A DNA stretch of 64,000 bases from an uncultured delta proteobacterium (lineage in GTDB: Bacteria; Desulfobacterota; Desulfobacteria; Desulfobacterales; QNYZ01). The notes beneath the pieces are model-generated. The model was not told the DNA's origin, ran no database searches, and saw nothing but the letters and a program-made list of their open reading frames with translations. This document shows, piece by piece, positions 62,783 through 64,000 of the stretch. Each line of letters starts with the position of its first letter. Position 1 is the first letter of the stretch. The translations under genes were made by a program, and so were the position numbers. Location of the stretch: the NCBI GenBank assembly GCA_963845145.1, contig CAWJQU010000005.1, positions 928,001-992,000 on the forward strand. Direction: 5' to 3'.

Positions 62783-63997
62783 CTATCTCCTCATGGCTAG
62801 TTTCAGGCTGAGCACCAGACGGTTAAACGATTCGGTAAGGACACCGATCTCGTCTTTTCGATCTTCGTCGAGTACTTCTAGGTCCAACTCACCTTGGCTG
62901 ATTGCATTGGCCCTGGCGGTTAGCTCATTAATAGGCTTCGTAATGTTGCTCCCTATCAGAAGGCCGATCAAAATTGACAGAAAAAGAACCGCGACAAAGA
63001 CGGCTAAGATCAGGTTTTGAATTTTAATTGCGGGTTTGATGACCTCATCTTTGGATGCCACGATCCCCATACTGGCGCCAATCGCTTTTAGGGGTGCATA
63101 GGTCGTGTATTTCATTTCATCGCCGGCATCATAGGTGTCGATACCCGTATCTCCGGCGATCATCTTTTGAACGATGTAATTAAATTCAAGGTTGTCGGTT
63201 TTTAATAGATTTTCGGTTTTATAGGTTGAATCCCAGCGTGTATCCTCGGTTTTCATACCCGGACGCACCAAAACGCTTCCCTTGCTATTTACCAAAAAGC
63301 CATAACTGTCATACCCAATATCCATGGTCAGAATGTCCTCCTGGATCGTATCCAAAAGAACATCAAAACCGACGATTCCGTTCATAGTACCGTTCTGATT
63401 AAGTACCGGCACAGCACAGGTGACCACAAGTTTTTTCGTGTTGGCATCCACATAGGGTTCCGTCCAGATCACATCTTTCTCTTCCTTGGCAGATTTATAC
63501 CAGGGCCGTTGGGTCACATCAAAAGCCTCTAGTTTTTCAATGACACCGACCACCGCTTCATCATTAAAGACCGTCATCTTCGTTTCGGTTCCGAAATAAC
63601 CGAGACTCAGATAGGGATTGTTGGTGACGATGCTTTTAAGCATCATTCCTATACGCTGGAGAACCAGCGTTTCTTTTCTAAGCGGCTCGTTCATTGTGGG
63701 ATTGCCATACCGGGTGCCGTCCCATGGCATCAAAATTTTAATCCCTATATCCGTATTGATATCGTTTCGTTGGTAGGATTTGCTAGCAAAATCGGCGACA
63801 CCGAAGACTTCCTGTTTGATTCTTTCAAAGGTAAGTGCATATTCGTTTGATTTTAAACGGGCGTTTTTGACGAGATGCTCCTCGGCTTGCCTGGAAAGCG
63901 CCTCCCGGCTTTGATAGCCGGCGATGGCTCCTGCAACCCCAAGGGAAACGACCACCAGCGCCACAATGATCATGGTTATCTTGGTTCGAATGGACAT
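62783..63997 (-). CDS. dCache-HAMP membrane protein with no output domain
   Basis: TM, QRPWY...WTEPYVD...VTCAVP Cache motif, TM, HAMP (KDEIGVL), then a stop right after the HAMP. Confidence 0.88.
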   Translation of the reverse strand: MSIRTKITMIIVALVVVSLGVAGAIAGYQSREALSRQAEEHLVKNARLKSNEYALTFERIKQEVFGVADFASKSYQRNDINTDIGIKILMPWDGTRYGNPTMNEPLRKETLVLQRIGMMLKSIVTNNPYLSLGYFGTETKMTVFNDEAVVGVIEKLEAFDVTQRPWYKSAKEEKDVIWTEPYVDANTKKLVVTCAVPVLNQNGTMNGIVGFDVLLDTIQEDILTMDIGYDSYGFLVNSKGSVLVRPGMKTEDTRWDSTYKTENLLKTDNLEFNYIVQKMIAGDTGIDTYDAGDEMKYTTYAPLKAIGASMGIVASKDEVIKPAIKIQNLILAVFVAVLFLSILIGLLIGSNITKPINELTARANAISQGELDLEVLDEDRKDEIGVLTESFNRLVLSLKLAMRR

Positions 63998-64000
63998 CCC

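Overview
This is a 64 kb, mostly core-chromosome window from an anaerobic deltaproteobacterium. The gene content looks Desulfobacterales-like, which is an inference. In order it holds: a sigma54 activator, MCP and cheW; a small decayed accessory patch (about 4.1-7.6 kb) with two DUF4143-ATPase remnants, a frameshifted BrnT-like toxin plus antitoxin, a low-GC lipoprotein and a transposase scrap; housekeeping genes (OsmC-like, yhbY, rnd, thrS); a selenocysteine-containing cytoplasmic formate dehydrogenase facing a GltD/SfrB-like flavoprotein; thyA, frameshifted gyrB, dnaN (no dnaA or gyrA in the window), an RdgC-like pair and an EndoQ-UvrD fusion; a SulP/two-component operon; a LuxR-type regulator with a Liv-type ABC/acyl-CoA ligase operon; and a signalling/catabolic region. 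The best candidate for an undescribed system is at 53.4-60.4 kb. There an XRE-HTH fused to a signal-less TRAP DctP domain (a putative one-component regulator) sits beside a near-identical 17-bp operator found upstream of both a TIGR04076-like gene and an operon of binding protein, FAD amine oxidoreductase and an OYE-like enzyme whose catalytic motif is rewritten. That locus is flanked by two paralogous orphan histidine kinases, each behind a sigma28-like promoter, and one of them is coupled to a heme-binding DOMON-like periplasmic protein. All family calls come from motif recognition by eye; no database searches were run.
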